A stretch of 64,000 nt of DNA from Hormiphora californensis. Lineage: Eukaryota > Animalia > Ctenophora. The translations under genes were made by a program, and so were the position numbers. The notes under the pieces were generated by a model. That model had not been told where the DNA came from. It did not search any database and saw only the letters and a program-made list of their open reading frames with translations. Each line of letters begins with the position of its first letter. Position 1 is the stretch's first letter. The stretch is taken from the NCBI GenBank assembly GCA_020137815.1, contig CM035361.1, forward strand, positions 310,001 through 374,000, read 5' to 3'. Positions 62,621-64,000 of the stretch are shown here, one piece after another.

Positions 62621-63590
62621 AAAAAATTTTTTAAAAGGGGGGGAAACCCCCCCCCCCCCCCTTTTTCCACCCCCCCTTAAAAAAAAGGGGGGGGCCCCCC
62701 CCCCCAAAAAACCCGGGGAAAATTTTAAAAGGGGGGGGTTTGGGGGAAAAAAAAAAGGGGGGGGGGAAAAGGGAAAAAAGGGGGGGGGAAAGGGGGAAAA
62801 AAAAGGGGGGGTTTTTTTGGGGATTTTTGGGGGGGGGAATTTAAAAAATTAAAATTGGGGGTTAAAAAACCCCCCCCCCCCCCCCTTTTTTTTTTGGGGG
62901 GGTTTGGGGGAAAACCCCCTTTTTCCCCCCCCTTTCCCCCTTTTTTTTTTGGGGGTTTTTTTTTTAAAAAATTTTTTTCCCCCCTTTTTAAAAAAAACCC
63001 CCCCCCCCCTTTTTTGGGGCCCCCCCCCTTTTTGGGAAAATTTTTAAGGGGGGGGGCCCCGGGGGGGGTTTTTTTTTTTTGGGGGGAAAATTTTTTTTTT
63101 TTTGGGGGGTTGGTTTTTTTTAAAAATTTTAAAAAAAAAAAAAAGGGGGAAATTTTTTTTAAAAATTTTTTTTAAAAAGGGGGGAAATTTTTTTTTAAAA
63201 AAATTTTTTTTTTTTTCCCCCCGGGTTTTTAAAACCCAAAAAAAATTTTTTTCCCCCCTTTCCCCCTTTCAAAAAAAGGGAAAAGGGGAAAAATAAAGGA
63301 AAAAAAAAGGGGGGGGAAAAAAAAAGGGAAAAAAAAAAAAAATTTTCCCCTTTTTAAAGACCCCAAAAATTTTTTTTTTTTTTAAAAAAAAGGGGGGAAA
63401 AAGGGGGGGGGGGGAAAAAAAAAGGGGGGGGGGGGGGGGGGCCCCAAAAGAGAAAGGGGGGGGGGGAAAAACCCCCCCCCGGAAAAAGGGGGGAAAAAAA
63501 AAAAAAGGGGGGGGGGGAAAAAATTTTTCCCTTTTTTTTGCCAAGGGGAAAAAAGGGGGGGGGGAAAAAAGGGGGGGCAAAAAAGGAGGA
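60130..63590. other. Homopolymer-inflated low-quality sequence (probable basecalling or consensus artefact)
   Basis: Nearly every base lies in a long mononucleotide run, with no periodicity and abrupt edges. Confidence 0.9.
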
Positions 63591-63885
63591 GGGTTAGAAG
63601 AGTTGGACATGGAGGGAAGGAGGGGAGAGGGTTAGCAGAGTTGGAGGGGAGAGGGTTAGAAGGGGAGGAGGGGAGGACGGTTAGAAGAATTAGAGGTGGT
63701 GGTACCATGGTTAGGAGAATTAGCGATGTTATGGAAGTGGATGGTAGGTATACCACCTCCTAATTGCCCCCTATTTACTAATTACCCTGAACGTTGGTTG
63801 CAAGACAGGTATACCATCCCTCGTGTTCCTCACTGACATCCTCAATTTCTTGGATGACGTTCACAGAGGACAGATCCTGAGAGGG

Positions 63886-64000
63886 TAATTAATATTGTAA
63901 TTAATTAGAAAAGTAATTAGTATTGTAATTAATTAGAAAAGTAATTAGTATTGTAATTAATTAGAAAAGTAATTAGTATTGTAATTAATTAGAAGAGTAA
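63886..64000. repeat. 28-bp AT-rich tandem repeat
   Basis: gtaattagtattgtaattaattagaaaa, about four copies. Confidence 0.85.

Noticed and set aside
60079-63610. Poly-Pro/Gly/Lys/Phe ORFs (formin- or extensin-like) and G-quadruplex potential
   Set aside because: The sequence is aperiodic homopolymer runs typical of failed basecalling or consensus, so it cannot be interpreted

Overview
Repeat-rich, intron-rich animal DNA, not prokaryotic. A ctenophore (Pleurobrachia-like) source is inferred from the repeat families and orphan secreted domains but is unverified. Genes reconstructed by hand-splicing: a Thr/Pro-repeat mucin-like gene (-, runs off the left edge), a divergent A/B-type cyclin (+), a ~30-kb UNC-45 myosin chaperone gene (-), DBR1 lariat debranching enzyme (-), a secreted orphan-domain + sushi protein (-) and a Kazal-Ig-VWD-C8 protein (-, 5' incomplete). 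The UNC-45 introns hold most of the unusual material. They contain an antisense orphan TM/helical gene pair, one copy built from in-frame tandem exon fusions, and a 33-bp satellite carrying an ORF1-only LINE derivative that is itself split by an RNase H LINE. They also contain an antisense secreted orphan-domain gene, a same-strand intronless Ly6/three-finger gene, a young gag-protease-only LTR element with a -1 frameshift signal, and a 10-copy tandem array of a splice acceptor plus exon start. MITEs, foldback elements and microsatellites are common. About 60.1-63.6 kb looks like a sequencing or consensus artefact. All exon boundaries were read by eye and no database searches were run.
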